Source: Obrimoposthia wandeli
Taxonomy: Eukaryota
Reading direction: 5' to 3'
NCBI GenBank assembly: GCA_977020255.1
Contig: CDROCS010002618.1
Span: 1 to 64,000 of the forward strand
Length of the DNA: 64,000 nt
The notes beneath the pieces are model-generated. The model searched no databases. It saw only the letters and a list, made by a program, of their open reading frames with translations, and had not been told where the DNA came from. Both the position numbers and the translations under genes were made by a program. Of the stretch, positions 37,230 through 48,703 are shown piece by piece (position 1 is the stretch's first letter; each line of letters begins with the position of its first letter).

Positions 37230-38279
37230 AACAAATGAATCCCTGGATGCAGATACTTTTGGAGTTGCCTGGCCCAAGCCGTAAATGAAAAAGTCATTCA
37301 GGCAACGGACAGAAATGAGTAGGCAAGGTATACCGAGGCTCACAAGAAAATCAAGAAGGAGTTGAATCTCGAAATTGTAATCTCTAGAGGAGCTACAGAT
37401 GGTGAAAATGATTAAGTAGTAATTTACATTAAGAATGGTAATGTTAATACCGTACTCACAAGCGACGATAACAGAGGAATCAGTGCCAATCTCCACAACC
37501 AGATCGCAATTGTCTGGACTGAGCAAGTAATAATTAATGATAAACCAGGATCGGTGATTTATGGAAATGCTACATCTGATACGAACATTAACAGGTTTAT
37601 CCTAAAGGGAAAAGTCACTCATAAAGCATGGTACGTTTTTCACAAAGCCCGAATAGAACGCTTGTATGTTAAAGCGCTATATAGTAAGCGTGAAGTTAAC
37701 TGCTGTCGATATGGGTATAAAAGAAACAACAAGCCATCACCCGAGACTGTATCCCATGCTATAGTAGAGTGCTATAAAATGCATTACTGGAAGGTACAGA
37801 GGCACGATATGGTAGTTCGAGAAGTATATGCCTTACTTAAACTTGCCCTAAATGACGGAGATACTATTGCCATGGAGGAAACTATTGTAGTAATGGATGA
37901 CAGTGGCAATATTCAGCGCGCAAAACCAGATATTACGGTAAAAGGTACAACCTACATCCACTATATGGAAATTACAGTTCCCATTGATAGTAATATGAGT
38001 CAAAATAATAGTTACAGCAAAGCAATGGAAAAGTATCATAATGTAGTCGAGACTACGTGGAAAGATAATAGTGACAAAATGGTAGAACTCTATGTCATTA
38101 AAGTGGAACATTCGGGTTCTGGAATACCGACAACAACCAACTTTTCCAGACTTACAAATATTCAGCTGCTGAAAGATAGAAGATTAAAATACGAATTGCA
38201 AGTAAAGTCAGAACATATTTGTGCCCAGTGGAATTGCTTTAGACTACGTGGTATCAGAAACTGTGGATACAATACCTGA
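37230..38279 (+). mobile_element. 3' part of an R2/NeSL-like non-LTR retrotransposon (CCHC finger plus restriction-like endonuclease)
   Basis: CR..PETVSHAIVEC..RHDMVV..KPDITV..YMEITVP..KYH fits CCHC, RHD and PD..(D/E) RLE signatures; the upstream frame continues with stops to about 37230; no RT domain seen. Confidence 0.8.
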
Positions 38280-38574
38280 TCGAGTAGATGCTCTGACTGC
38301 CGGACAGTTGGAGAGATAGAAAAGTGGATGTATGGATTATAAAAATAAATTGCCCTACTAAAATATCTGACCAATACTTTTTAGAAAAATTGAAATACTC
38401 AGAAAATGCAGTCACAAACCCCCAAGCAGTGTCGCATAAACGATCTCTCTTGGAGATTCATCGGTCCTACATGAAGTAGAAGACACCTTACGGTGTATTG
38501 CTGTAGGAAATATTAATACTTGTATGTTTTTACTATGAATATAGTTTTCTTATCTTATCTTATATTATAAATAT

Positions 38575-38795
38575 ATTTTAACATGTATTGATGCGTTTAA
38601 TATATTTAGACGTGTTCTACCAGTAAAATCAAAGTTGGCAAACCATATAGAGGAAGGTATCAGAACAATGATTGATGTAGTCTCTACAAATTTTAAAACT
38701 AATTTGGGCAAAGAATTTTATAATAAAAATGTAAAATGTTTTTGGATAAACTAAGTATTAATGATTATTCAGTATTTTCTCAATTCAAATCTGTT
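38575..38795 (+). mobile_element. Maverick rve integrase fragment (diverged subfamily)
   Basis: YILTCIDAFNIFRRVLPVKSK..KTNLGKEFYNKNV..YSVFSQFKS aligns with 52083..52514. Confidence 0.75.
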
Positions 38796-38799
38796 CTCC

Positions 38800-39285
38800 C
38801 CACACTGTGCACGCCGCTGCCCCGTAACATGATCATGATCTCTGACTAACTTAGACTGGGTTCCACACAAATAACATAATCTACAAGAATTAAAATTAAC
38901 CCAGTCTATGCCTGTCATGATTATTGCTTGATGAGCATTAAGATCATACCACGGTTTGACAATTGTTGTTTCTAATTCTTCTAACCGGAAACTTTATGAT
39001 ACTGTGTAATATTGGGGCCTAAGAATAGTAGTCCTGCCTAATCCGGTAGGTGAATACTATCATACTGGTCGTACAATGCTAGAATTGAGTCAAATTCAGC
39101 ATACACCCTGAATTCCACGGGTATGCATTTTGCCCAATCCCTAAATTTTAAATCCTTATCCTTAGGTATGCTGTATAGTGTATTGTCATAGGATTTAGTG
39201 AACATAATGTCTTTTGCAGATCGGAGGAACCCATGCAAACATATATGCCCACTTTTAGATCCATTATCTAAATTTAGAAGACGAT
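38800..39285 (-). mobile_element. polB: Maverick PolB fragment (ExoI to endonuclease VII finger) abutting the integrase fragment
   Basis: Near-identical to 18290-18800 with deletions (FRDWAKCIPVEFRVYAEFDS..RDHDHVTG). Confidence 0.85.
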
Positions 39286-39404
39286 TACCTAATGGAATTT
39301 TTATTCTTTCTCTGAGTTTTTTTTGCTGACAAATAGATAATGTCTAAACACATCAGCCTATGAAGGGGTCATAGATGGTGGAATTTCTGCAGGTTGTCCA
39401 AATG

Positions 39405-39760
39405 CAGAATTCTGAGTTTTGCTTCTTGTTGCCATAATTATATTTTTGTAGTATTTATGATCTTATATAATTTAGTTAATCTGAAAATAGATGAAATTAA
39501 TGAAAAATAAATATAATTTACCTTTTAATATATTTTTAATAAACAAAATGTCTAAAAAACTAGAAAACCAAATAAAAATAAATAAAATATTATTTAAACA
39601 AATTAGAAAATTGATTTTTTTTATAAAATGGATGTATGCTAGGGGTAGGGGTCATATCATTAAATTTTATGTATGATGTCTGCATAATCCTTCTGCACCC
39701 CATGCATAGTGTGGAATTGGAAAAACTGAAAAAAAGATAGGTTTCGACCCGGCCTAATAT
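39405..39760. repeat. About 355-bp inverted repeat pair (39405-39760 versus 54826-55179)
   Basis: gaattctgagttttgc..cgacccggcctaat is the reverse complement of attaggccgggtcg..gcaaaactcagaattc, with few mismatches. Confidence 0.88.
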
Positions 39761-40167
39761 ACATGTATAAGAATAAATGTTACTATTGATTACAAGATGC
39801 AAGATATTGATTATAGATGCTAGTATTTGCAATATAGATGCAGTACGTGACTGTCTTTGTTAGACACTCACACATATATATATACATGCTTGTATAAGAA
39901 TAAATGTAGTACTTGTTACTATTGATTACATAAAGATGCAAGTATTTGCAATATAGATGCAGTACGTGACTGTCTTTGTTAGATAGATATAGGAACGTTT
40001 AAACATGATTATCAAATTATATAATACTTTATTTTATAAGTAGATAATTTAATTTAAATAAATTATAAAACACACACACGATATGTATTTTGGTGAATTG
40101 GTGTTAATACTACCTTTAGATAAAAAGATATATAGTTTTAAAGTATGTTACTAAAAATAGAATCTTT

Positions 40168-40420
40168 TTTGACCTCACCGTGATCTTAAAGTACATTGTC
40201 CTCATGACGTCATGACCTTAACTTGACCTTAAAGTACATTGTCCTCATGACGTCATGACCTTAACTTGACCTTAACTTGCCTTGACCTCATGAGGTCATG
40301 ACCTACATCTTGTCCTCACCGTGACCTTAACTTGGCCTCATGAGGTCATGACCTACATCTTTACCTCACCGTGACCTCAACTTGACCTTAAAAATTTTGT
40401 CCTCAACTGGACCTGAGCTT
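40168..40420. promoter_or_regulatory. Array of TGACCT half-sites (IR0, DR5, 16-bp palindrome) and TGACGTCA motifs; second copy 55468-55750
   Basis: CATGACGTCATG 40203-40214; DR5 40213-40229; TGACCTCATGAGGTCATGACCT 40283-40304. Function inferred. Confidence 0.55.
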
Positions 40421-40519
40421 GTCCTCAGGGGGGGGCTTTGTTCCAGAAGTCACACTTCTACCTACTTTCTATATTACTTTTCACAAATAATATAATTAAT
40501 TTGAGAAATTCAGAAGTGT

Positions 40520-41000
40520 CAAGGAAGTGATTATTTAGTCAAAGGAGTTTTGGCAATTGTCATTTCATGATTCATAAGGTAATAGTACACATCTAGTGAA
40601 GGACTGATGGAAGAACGATGGTATTGGGTTAATATTACTTGTAAAATTCTGTCAATAATTAACTAATAAAAAATATTTTAGAAATATTTTTATGTGGAAT
40701 CTTTATTGATGTTTCTTAAAATCAATGTCTATGGACGTTTCTTAGATTTTTCCACATGTGTTCACAGATTATGAAATACTGATAGTAAAGAACATGCATT
40801 AATAAGTCGGGTCTAGTTAAATGACTGAGATAGGGATTTGAATCTCTCTAAACAGCAAGCTGAAATATTTGACCCACGTTTTCAACAGTGGGATCTATTA
40901 ATAACCAACACAATAATTGTATGGATTTGTAACAGATCGTAGCTAATACTGAATTGATTCATATAAATATAAAATCGTTTTTGTGTATAAGACTGTTCTG
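40520..41000 (+). mobile_element. Highly decayed Chapaev3-like (CMC) DNA transposase remnant; second copy about 55830-56330
   Basis: HALISRV*LND*DRDLNLSKQQAEIFDPRFQQWDLL (about 40795-40900) matches the LNDLVRDLxLSKxxAELLxSRLxxxNLL motif of a widespread invertebrate transposase family; the family name is from recall. Confidence 0.45.
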
Positions 41001-43119
41001 ATCATGTCGATATCGCAAAATTCAGATGAGATGGAATTTCTGTAATAAAGTGACACATTTTGAATATAATTAGGATATTTCATTAAAGGGAAAATATAAG
41101 GTCATTATTTATTTCGTATTGTGATGGGGAAGGAGGAGCAGGGCTTTCAAATCAAAGTTGGGATTTGTCTGTACGGGGCTGCATTTTGGTGACAATTTGG
41201 TTGCTTCATGTGGTGACACGATGGAGGAGAGGTGAATGTGTGAGTCGTCTTCTAAAGTATCAGTGGAGTGCAAATGTGTATGTCAATATGTCAGTGTTAT
41301 GAGCACTCGCGTGTGTGAAAGGCTCTACCATCTATGATGGTCATGTCTTTACCAACCCCTCCCAACACGACAACAACTGCATGATTGTGCTGCGCGTGCG
41401 CATGTGTTTACTTTATAAATTCGTCAATATGTTGATGGTGTAGTGCAGAGTCACTGTGCTGCATAGGGTCACCTGTAGATCTGATGGATCGACTTTGGCC
41501 TCAGCTGCGCTATTTTCGGAAATGCAATCGACAATTAGACATATTTGCAATTTCAGATATTCAGTATGTGCTAGGACCGCAAACCAGCCAGTCCAGCTCG
41601 CTCTGTCGACGTGAGAGAAACATGATCTACAGCGTGTTATTTCACGGGCGCGTGCCGCACATACACCGTGGCACCACACAGTTGCAGGCTGTCGTTTGGA
41701 ACACCGACAGAAGGAACTTCTCCCACTCTAAATAACCAAGCAATTTGAAATCCATGCAATTGAAACAATTCAAAATTATAAAACCGTTTCTTCAATTTTA
41801 AACTTTCACACTAAATAAGTAAATAATGTTAAAAGTATTTGGAATTTATTAAATAATTGTTTAACAAATCTAAAATTAAAAATATTGTAAGATAACAATT
41901 TTAAATACAACGAATTTTGATAGTAAAATAATTAATTTTAGAAAAGTTTATTTAGGTCTTCGGTCCAGAGTTATTTCACTTTTTATGGAAGCATCTGGTT
42001 CGTGAATTCCTGACTGCATAGGATTTGTGTGGAATAGGGTGGGCACTTAAAACACCTAAATATATTCTAATCAAATTGAAGTTAATAATATGTGATAGCA
42101 CATCGACTAAGATGGGTAATTAATTAATACACAATTAAAAATACAGAACTCTAACATTAGTTATGAGTAGAGATATGAGGGGGTTCTAGAACACTACCAC
42201 TACCATGATTTTACTTGCCTAAATTCTAATTCCAAATGTCTGCTTATTCTGTGAGTCTATGACTTCTAGAAATTACGTGCTTGCAGTTAAACGTAGGGCT
42301 AGTCTGAATCGTCTACGGTCAACCTCTTTCAACAATGCAATGTTAATCAAAACAAAAAATGTATTACAAAAAAATACATTGTTTGACTAGACTGGGTCAT
42401 AACACTTCTATGCCAGTTTATGATTTTTAGCGTTTTACAATGTTCCAAGATTAATAAAATTGTTGGGGTTTCTATATGAAACTCTGTGTTCTAATATAGA
42501 TCCTCTGACTTTGGAGGGCCCCAACGTGAGTTCTATAGAAGCAGGACTTAAGGATGGTTGTGGCCTACTTAATGTTGTGCTTGCCTGTCTCAATTCTTAT
42601 CTGAAGGTTTTTTGTTGTGTCGTAATCTGAAGAGTTTAGAACAATGCTTTCTAGTTGTAGGAAATCGTTTATTATTAAACACACTAGACTAACACGAATC
42701 AATACGTTTACGTACGTATTTCTAAAAAGTTACAGTAAAATTCCTAAGACTTCCGTCAGTCTCTACACAAGTGGGGATGATCCACGTATCGATTTTAAGT
42801 TTATGTTTGTTCTAGTTACTAGAGTCTTTACTCTAAAATTAGGGATTGATTTTAGAGAGCTGTTGCTCTAAAAATATGAGTAGTTTAGAGAGCTTGTGCT
42901 CTAAATTAGGGAATGAGCTTAGATAGATTTTAGGGTAGTTTACAGAGCTGGTGCTCTAAAATAGAAGTAGGTTACAGAGTTGTTGCTCTAAAAAAAGGGA
43001 TGGAGTTCGGTAAAACTGTTGCTCTTAAAAATATGGCAATGTAAAATAGGGTAAGATACTTGTACTAATTTTATAGAGTGTTCACTCTGAAAATATGGCA
43101 ATGTAAAAACTCAGTTCGA

Positions 43120-43720
43120 TTTATAGCTTAATTTCAATAATGACAATCACTTTAGCTTGATTTCAATAAAGATAATTACTTTGGCTTTATTTCAATAACG
43201 ACAATTACTTTAGCTTAATTTCAATAATGACAATAATGACAATCACTTGAGCTTAATTTCAATAACAACAATTATTTTAGCTTAATTTCAATAATGACAA
43301 TTACTTTAGCTTAATTTCAATAATAACAATTATTTTAGTTTAATTTCAATAATGACAATAATGACAATCACTTGAGCTTAATTTCAATAATGACAATAAT
43401 GACAATCACTTGAGCTGAATTTCAATAACAACAATCACTTTGGCTTAATTTCAATAACGACAATTACTTTAGCTTAATTTCAATAACGACATTTACTTTA
43501 GCATAATTTCAATAATAACAATTATTTTAGCTTAATTTCAATAATGACAATAATGACAATCACTTGAGCTTAATTTCAATAATGACTATAGCAACAATCA
43601 CTTTAGCTTAAATTCAATAACGACAATCACTTTAGCTTAATTTCAATAACGACAATTACTTGAGCTTAATTTCAATAATGACAATTACTTTAGCTTAATT
43701 TCAATAACAACAATTATTTT
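43120..43720. repeat. 30-bp AT-rich satellite (ttagcttaatttcaataacgacaattactt) with 39-bp variants; second, longer copy 58443-59160
   Basis: Visible array; length differs between the duplicated units. Confidence 0.95.
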
Positions 43721-44622
43721 CAGTTCCGCACGATTCTCACCGGTGGTTCTCCTTTGCGTGACAAGCTAGACTCCTTGTCTCAGATTCGGGTCGCGGACTG
43801 CTTGCTCTGATTCGTGGTCCTTTGGAGTACGGTACGGATCAGTTGCTCGCTCGGCGCGATATCCTTGTTTCTCCGAAAGCTTGTTTCCGGGAAAGGCAGC
43901 TGTCTCGATCTCTTTGAATTATTGGAGGGCTCTTTTTGATTTGCAATCAGCTGGAATTAGAAATTAGCTTCTCCTCCTGGCGATCGACTCTAATATTTTT
44001 GTCGACAATTATTCTGTGATTTTCTGATATTTACCTTGTGCCACTAATCCAAGCGCTTCTCACTTTTATACTCAATTTATTTTTCTCTAGTTCCTGCAAC
44101 GTTTTTAAGTACAGTATTTAATTTGAGAGTACTTACTTTTAGATAGCTGCGACAGTTATTCCGTGATTTTTCGATATTTACTTTGTGCCCACTAATCCTA
44201 GCGCTTCTCACTGTTACAATCAATTTCTTTTTCTCTAGTTCCTGTGAAGTTTTTTAAATAAAGCACTTAAATTGAGAGTACTTACTTTTAGATATCTGAT
44301 CGATCCGATATTTGCTGTTAATAGACTCGCTGTATTTCCTAATTCTGAAGTAGAGTTAATGGATTAAAGCACTTAATTTGCTTACCGTGCCCTTAGTCCC
44401 TAATTCTTGTCTGGACTCGAAGCGGCCCTTCTCTCTGCTTGTCGATAGTCTCTGAAAAGGAATTAAGTGCTTCTTCTTCCGTTTTCCAATTATTGGATTC
44501 TGTTTCAATTTTTCCTTACTTATATTACGAATATTCACTAACATGTATTATATACAACAAAATGAATGAGTGTTCAGAGAAGGAAAATAGCAGGGAAGGA
44601 TGGAATGTTAAAAGTTTTTAAA

Positions 44623-45152
44623 TTAATTGTCGATGGTTAGGTCTATTGTCACAGCTTGCCGGTTCCGCTCCTCCAGGAACAACATAACCCGCTCCAAGGG
44701 TAATGTTGGGAAGACCGGAGTGTCTCCTATGTACATCCCCTGCTGCTGGAAGATATCCAGGTGTGGGCTTTGGCGGATTAATGGCTCTCTGGGACGGCTT
44801 TGCTCGTGGGTGCTGAACCACAGCCTTTGCGCATACTGCCATGAGTGGTGATAAGACCGCCACCTCTCTCGGATGTAGAGCTGTGTGTTGTGACGGCGCG
44901 CAAGGCACACGGGGCATTGGCAGTGCTCACCACCAATGCAACTGGTGGGTGAGTGGGTGCCCTTGGGTCGTCCACGGCACTGAAGCGCCCACTCGGAAAA
45001 AGGGACGCGGTACATCGGACATGTGATGTGGCCGGGGGTCGAGCCTTGGCCCACAAGTAGAGGCAGGACTCGTGAAATTTGTGCCGGCACCCGGCAGGAG
45101 TTGCCGAGGTACCCCGGACACTGTTGAGGCACCCCGAGCATATCATCTGCAT
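44623..45152 (-). pseudogene. RING-H2 paralogue C with C-terminal SIM (one frameshift)
   Basis: MQMICSGCLNS..GCRHKFHESCLYLW..[fs]HITCPMYR..VTIDLTIDN. Confidence 0.78.
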
Positions 45153-45449
45153 AATGGTGTGTTGGTTAATTTACTTCTCTATTTGGAGTTTATTTTATTT
45201 TAACTTAGAAATTATCCTACCGAATTTTGTCATTTCTTTGGGCTTGTTTTTTATTAGGTATACAAATTGTCTTTTTGGAATTTTCAGTATAATAATTACA
45301 ATTTCAAATACGCAACATACATAAAAATGGTAATGTCATTTTACAGTTTCACAAGATTATACAATTATGATTACAACTATGGTAGCTAATTTATCACGGT
45401 ATGCGATACACAGGGTAGTTCATGATGTCATGTTTTAAGTCAGAAAGTT

Positions 45450-45715
45450 ACCTTCGGTTACTGCTGGCTGTTGGGCTGGCCTGTGCGTCACTCCTCTATG
45501 CAGAACGAACACGGAGATGTTCTTCCAGCAGTCAATGGATATCACTGAGGCTGTCCAAACACCGAGAAGGTTGCTCTGCGCATCGGGCAGTTTGGGTAGT
45601 CTAGGAGATTGTTGCTGTTGGTGACCACGTCAGGCATTCGACGTGGAACTGGTGGTCGCAGTTGTTGGGTTGGGTGTAGAGGTCCACTATGTTCTCGTAA
45701 TATTGAACATTCTTT
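45450..45715 (-). pseudogene. RING-H2 paralogue B riddled with micro-deletions
   Basis: Aligns to the intact 60776..61051 copy with many small gaps. Confidence 0.6.
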
Positions 45716-45784
45716 GCTGTGAGAGGGGTGATGTGAATTTGGGCATTGAGGGCTGGTGGTTGTGTGATGTTTACACAAAAGTGG

Positions 45785-46042
45785 TCAGAAATAACACCAA
45801 CACTCTCTGAAATTCTTCCAACAGAATACCACCTGTATATCTACATCCTCTTGGTTGGGTTCTATCATGATGAACTTTGTGAATTGTCTTCTGCATACAG
45901 GGCAACGAGGGTATGTTGGATGTACGAATTCTCCATAAGTTCTGATCCATTTTGATAAACATTCCTCGTGATGTAAGTGGTTGCAGGTTTCGGGTCTTCG
46001 TTCGGTTAAATCTTCCAAACATATTGGACATTCTTCGGACAT
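45785..46042 (-). CDS. RING-H2 paralogue A
   Basis: CPICLEDL..CNHLHHEECLSKW..CPVCRR..CWKNFRECWCYF. Confidence 0.8.
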   Translation of the reverse strand: MSEECPICLEDLTERRPETCNHLHHEECLSKWIRTYGEFVHPTYPRCPVCRRQFTKFIMIEPNQEDVDIQVVFCWKNFRECWCYF

Positions 46043-46158
46043 TCTAAATACATGATGACAATTAATTTCTACATGAGTTTTACATATTTCTACTTATTTG
46101 TATAATCGCTTCTACATATTTTTACACACTAATTTATACTACAACCTCCTCTGACCTG

Positions 46159-47607
46159 TCATGTCTTGATGGGAGGCGGAGGTAAGGGTCGCAATTCCAC
46201 TTTCTCCATCATAGGTGTGTTACAGCATCGTAGCTCTTTGCATTTCCGTCGTATTATTGGGCATATCTGACTGCCTTTCACGCACACGACTGTCAATAGA
46301 ACTGCTGTTGTTGACACTACTGCCATTCCAATTAAAGCATTGACTGCTGTTATTCCGCTGTCTGAGGATTGGTAATCGTATTTCATTTTGTTGTTTGTCG
46401 GTTTGAATGGCGTCTCCATTGATGTTGATCGGTTTCCGTGTATTATGTCCGATTTTCTAATAACTCGCGGATTTGGATATTTTGTTTTTGGTCTAACAGG
46501 TATTATTATTTGGGATTTGAGATGATATTTGGGATCTAGTGGAATCGTTCCCTTCACTCTTGTCCTCTCAATAATTGTGCTTTGATTTCTGGGCTCGAGC
46601 TCTTTTCCTTTCACCTCTGTCTTTGTTATGATTACTTTTGGCTTCTCGGAATGGCGTTTACTTCCGTTTACCTTTGCCTTCTTTTTGACTATGATTGGTT
46701 TTACGGAATGGCGTTTACTTCCTTTCACCTTTTCCTTTTTTATGACTATGATTGGTTTTCCGGGAATTATTTTCCTGGGTTTGATACTTAAACCGAGTCC
46801 ACGAAATCGACTTGTCTGGTATCTTAGAGTTATATAGAATATTTCATCTGTTATTACCATGATTATGGTAGTGGTCTCTTTAGCATTGCTGGGAATTCGG
46901 TTACATAGACATTCCGTATCAAAATGTGGTACTAACATGTGGGGTTTAATTTCGAATTTGATTCCACCATCTGGATTAGGACACGACACTGTTTCTTTGT
47001 CAGTTTCTAACAATCTGAAGAATAATCTAATGGAATTCCATACGGTTTTACGTCGTCTACCTGTGATCATAATCCTGTCGACAACTTTCCAGATGTGCTC
47101 GTCGTTAGGCAATATTAATGACTTTGTTCGGATAATTTGAATAATTTGTTTCCTTTTTGATATGGTTATTCGTAGGTGTAATACCTTTTCATGGTAGAAT
47201 AATATCAGTCGGTAGTAAAGTGTATGTTGGTCAATCTTTATTTTGATCTGGCGGATGACATACAATTTCTGATCGACATTTTCGGTAGCTGATGTTTGTA
47301 GGTGAATGTCTACAACGTGATTTGTTTTTAATAGAGGAATTTCTATGTATAACGCACGTATCGTATCTTGTCTCCATTTACTGATCATGATCTCATAACC
47401 AGCCTCGGTCGTGGTGATTTGCATAATCAGCATGATTCCTATGATAGTCCGGTTTCGAATTTCAGGAACTTCTCTGGGGTAACTCAAGTTACTCATGTAG
47501 TACGGTCTTTCCTCAATATGTTCATATATCGTTGGCTGATACTCTGGTGATGGTTCATTTAGGAATGCTGGTCTTGGTATAGTTGTGTTAAATTTTTGTA
47601 AATTCAT
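46159..47607 (-). CDS. 482-aa probable type-I membrane protein of unknown family
   Basis: Intact long ORF; hydrophobic RTIIGIMLIMQITTTEAG, beta-strand-like ectodomain, Lys-rich repeats, TM AVNALIGMAVVSTTAVLLTVVCV, Cys-rich tail ending RPLPPPPIKT. Confidence 0.75.
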   Translation of the reverse strand: MNLQKFNTTIPRPAFLNEPSPEYQPTIYEHIEERPYYMSNLSYPREVPEIRNRTIIGIMLIMQITTTEAGYEIMISKWRQDTIRALYIEIPLLKTNHVVDIHLQTSATENVDQKLYVIRQIKIKIDQHTLYYRLILFYHEKVLHLRITISKRKQIIQIIRTKSLILPNDEHIWKVVDRIMITGRRRKTVWNSIRLFFRLLETDKETVSCPNPDGGIKFEIKPHMLVPHFDTECLCNRIPSNAKETTTIIMVITDEIFYITLRYQTSRFRGLGLSIKPRKIIPGKPIIVIKKEKVKGSKRHSVKPIIVKKKAKVNGSKRHSEKPKVIITKTEVKGKELEPRNQSTIIERTRVKGTIPLDPKYHLKSQIIIPVRPKTKYPNPRVIRKSDIIHGNRSTSMETPFKPTNNKMKYDYQSSDSGITAVNALIGMAVVSTTAVLLTVVCVKGSQICPIIRRKCKELRCCNTPMMEKVELRPLPPPPIKT

Positions 47608-47679
47608 TTGACCTGCTTGTCTTGCGAGATCGTGACGTTTCTTTATGATCTCAACTCTATCTTATTTGGTTGTCTTTGT

Positions 47680-48203
47680 TTAGGAAATAAATAAATAAAT
47701 AACACAAGTGTGAAGATCTATATTAAACAAAATACATTCAATCAGATACTCATAATTTAAAGATTTAACACCAAGTATCATTATCTTTCCGCTCGCAACA
47801 ATGTTCACGCATAGGGGATTGTATTTGACGTATCGAGGTCCCGGGAAGATTTCTGGCTCGTAAACAGCTTCCGATCCCATACTCTTACTCATCTTGTTCA
47901 GGTTTATTGATGTTTCTAGATTGCTGCTGAGACTGATTGATTGGATTCTTTCGATTTTTATATCAAAAGGAAGACTGCTTTCATCCAGCACTGTTTTGCA
48001 ACCTATTATTCTGCATGTACCTAAATTATAATTATATATAAATGTAAAAATAAATTACCAAATTTGAAAATGATAATAGTGTAACCTTCACACTTGAGTC
48101 GATACTGATGAGGCTTCCAAGTCCGAAATGGTAAGTGTTGAATGTTACTTACAACCATTCCCTAGTAATTAATATTCACTAAATTGATATTGTGAAGTAG
48201 CAT
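47680..48203 (-). pseudogene. TBP: TBP-like gene, 2 exons (38-nt intron 48021-48058), in-frame TAG in exon 1
   Basis: Spliced: ..YRLKCEGYTIIIFKFG|TCRIIGCK..INLNKM..YEPEIFPGPRYVKYNPLCVNIVASGKIMILGVKS, giving both TBP repeats. Confidence 0.85.
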
Positions 48204-48284
48204 TTCTGATTATTATAAACTTATTTCTTCTATTTATACTATTTATACTATTTGAAAATCTATTTTTAGATTGCATGTCTTGGT

Positions 48285-48548
48285 TTAATTGCCTATGCTA
48301 TGAAATCTAATATTTCTTACTCGTCTAATGATAATTGTCTTGCAATATGGACATGTAATAAAACAATCTGAACATTTAATACACGTGTTTAAGTGACCGC
48401 ATGGTAAAAATGCCACGGAAATCGCATCGCTCATGCAAACAACACATTCGAGATTTGGTAAGAGGTACTCGAGATAATTTATCCGATGTTTTGGTTCAGA
48501 TTTTATTTCTAAATATCTTAAATCCGTTATAAACTCATATAGTAGGTG
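48285..48548 (-). pseudogene. IAP/MDM2-type C3HC4 RING, 5' end cut by the about 100-bp repeat (absent from ORF track); second copy 63645-63908
   Basis: ..LLPNLECVVCMSDAISVAFLPCGHLNTCIKCSDCFITCPYCKTIIIRRVRNIRFHSIGN*. Confidence 0.85.
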
Positions 48549-48703
48549 GATGTGTCCGGTCTAATCCACACCCCCCTCCCCCTTGTCCTATAAAACCGTG
48601 CAAGTGTGTGGAGTGAAATTTTGTGTAGGTGTGTGGAGTGAAATTTCGTGTATGTGTGGAGCAAAAACAAAATACGAGACAAAATTATTTTTCAAAATAT
48701 TTA

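Larger units (their letters stand above)
39884..48660. repeat. Direct segmental duplication, copy 1 (copy 2 at 55181-64000+, offset about 15.3 kb)
   Basis: Collinear high-identity match across the control array, satellite, RING cluster, membrane gene, TBP and IAP-RING. Confidence 0.92.

Noticed and set aside
42855-43030. CRISPR array (ttttagag..ctctaaaa recalls the type II repeat start)
   Set aside because: Eukaryotic context, no cas genes, repeats short and irregularly spaced.
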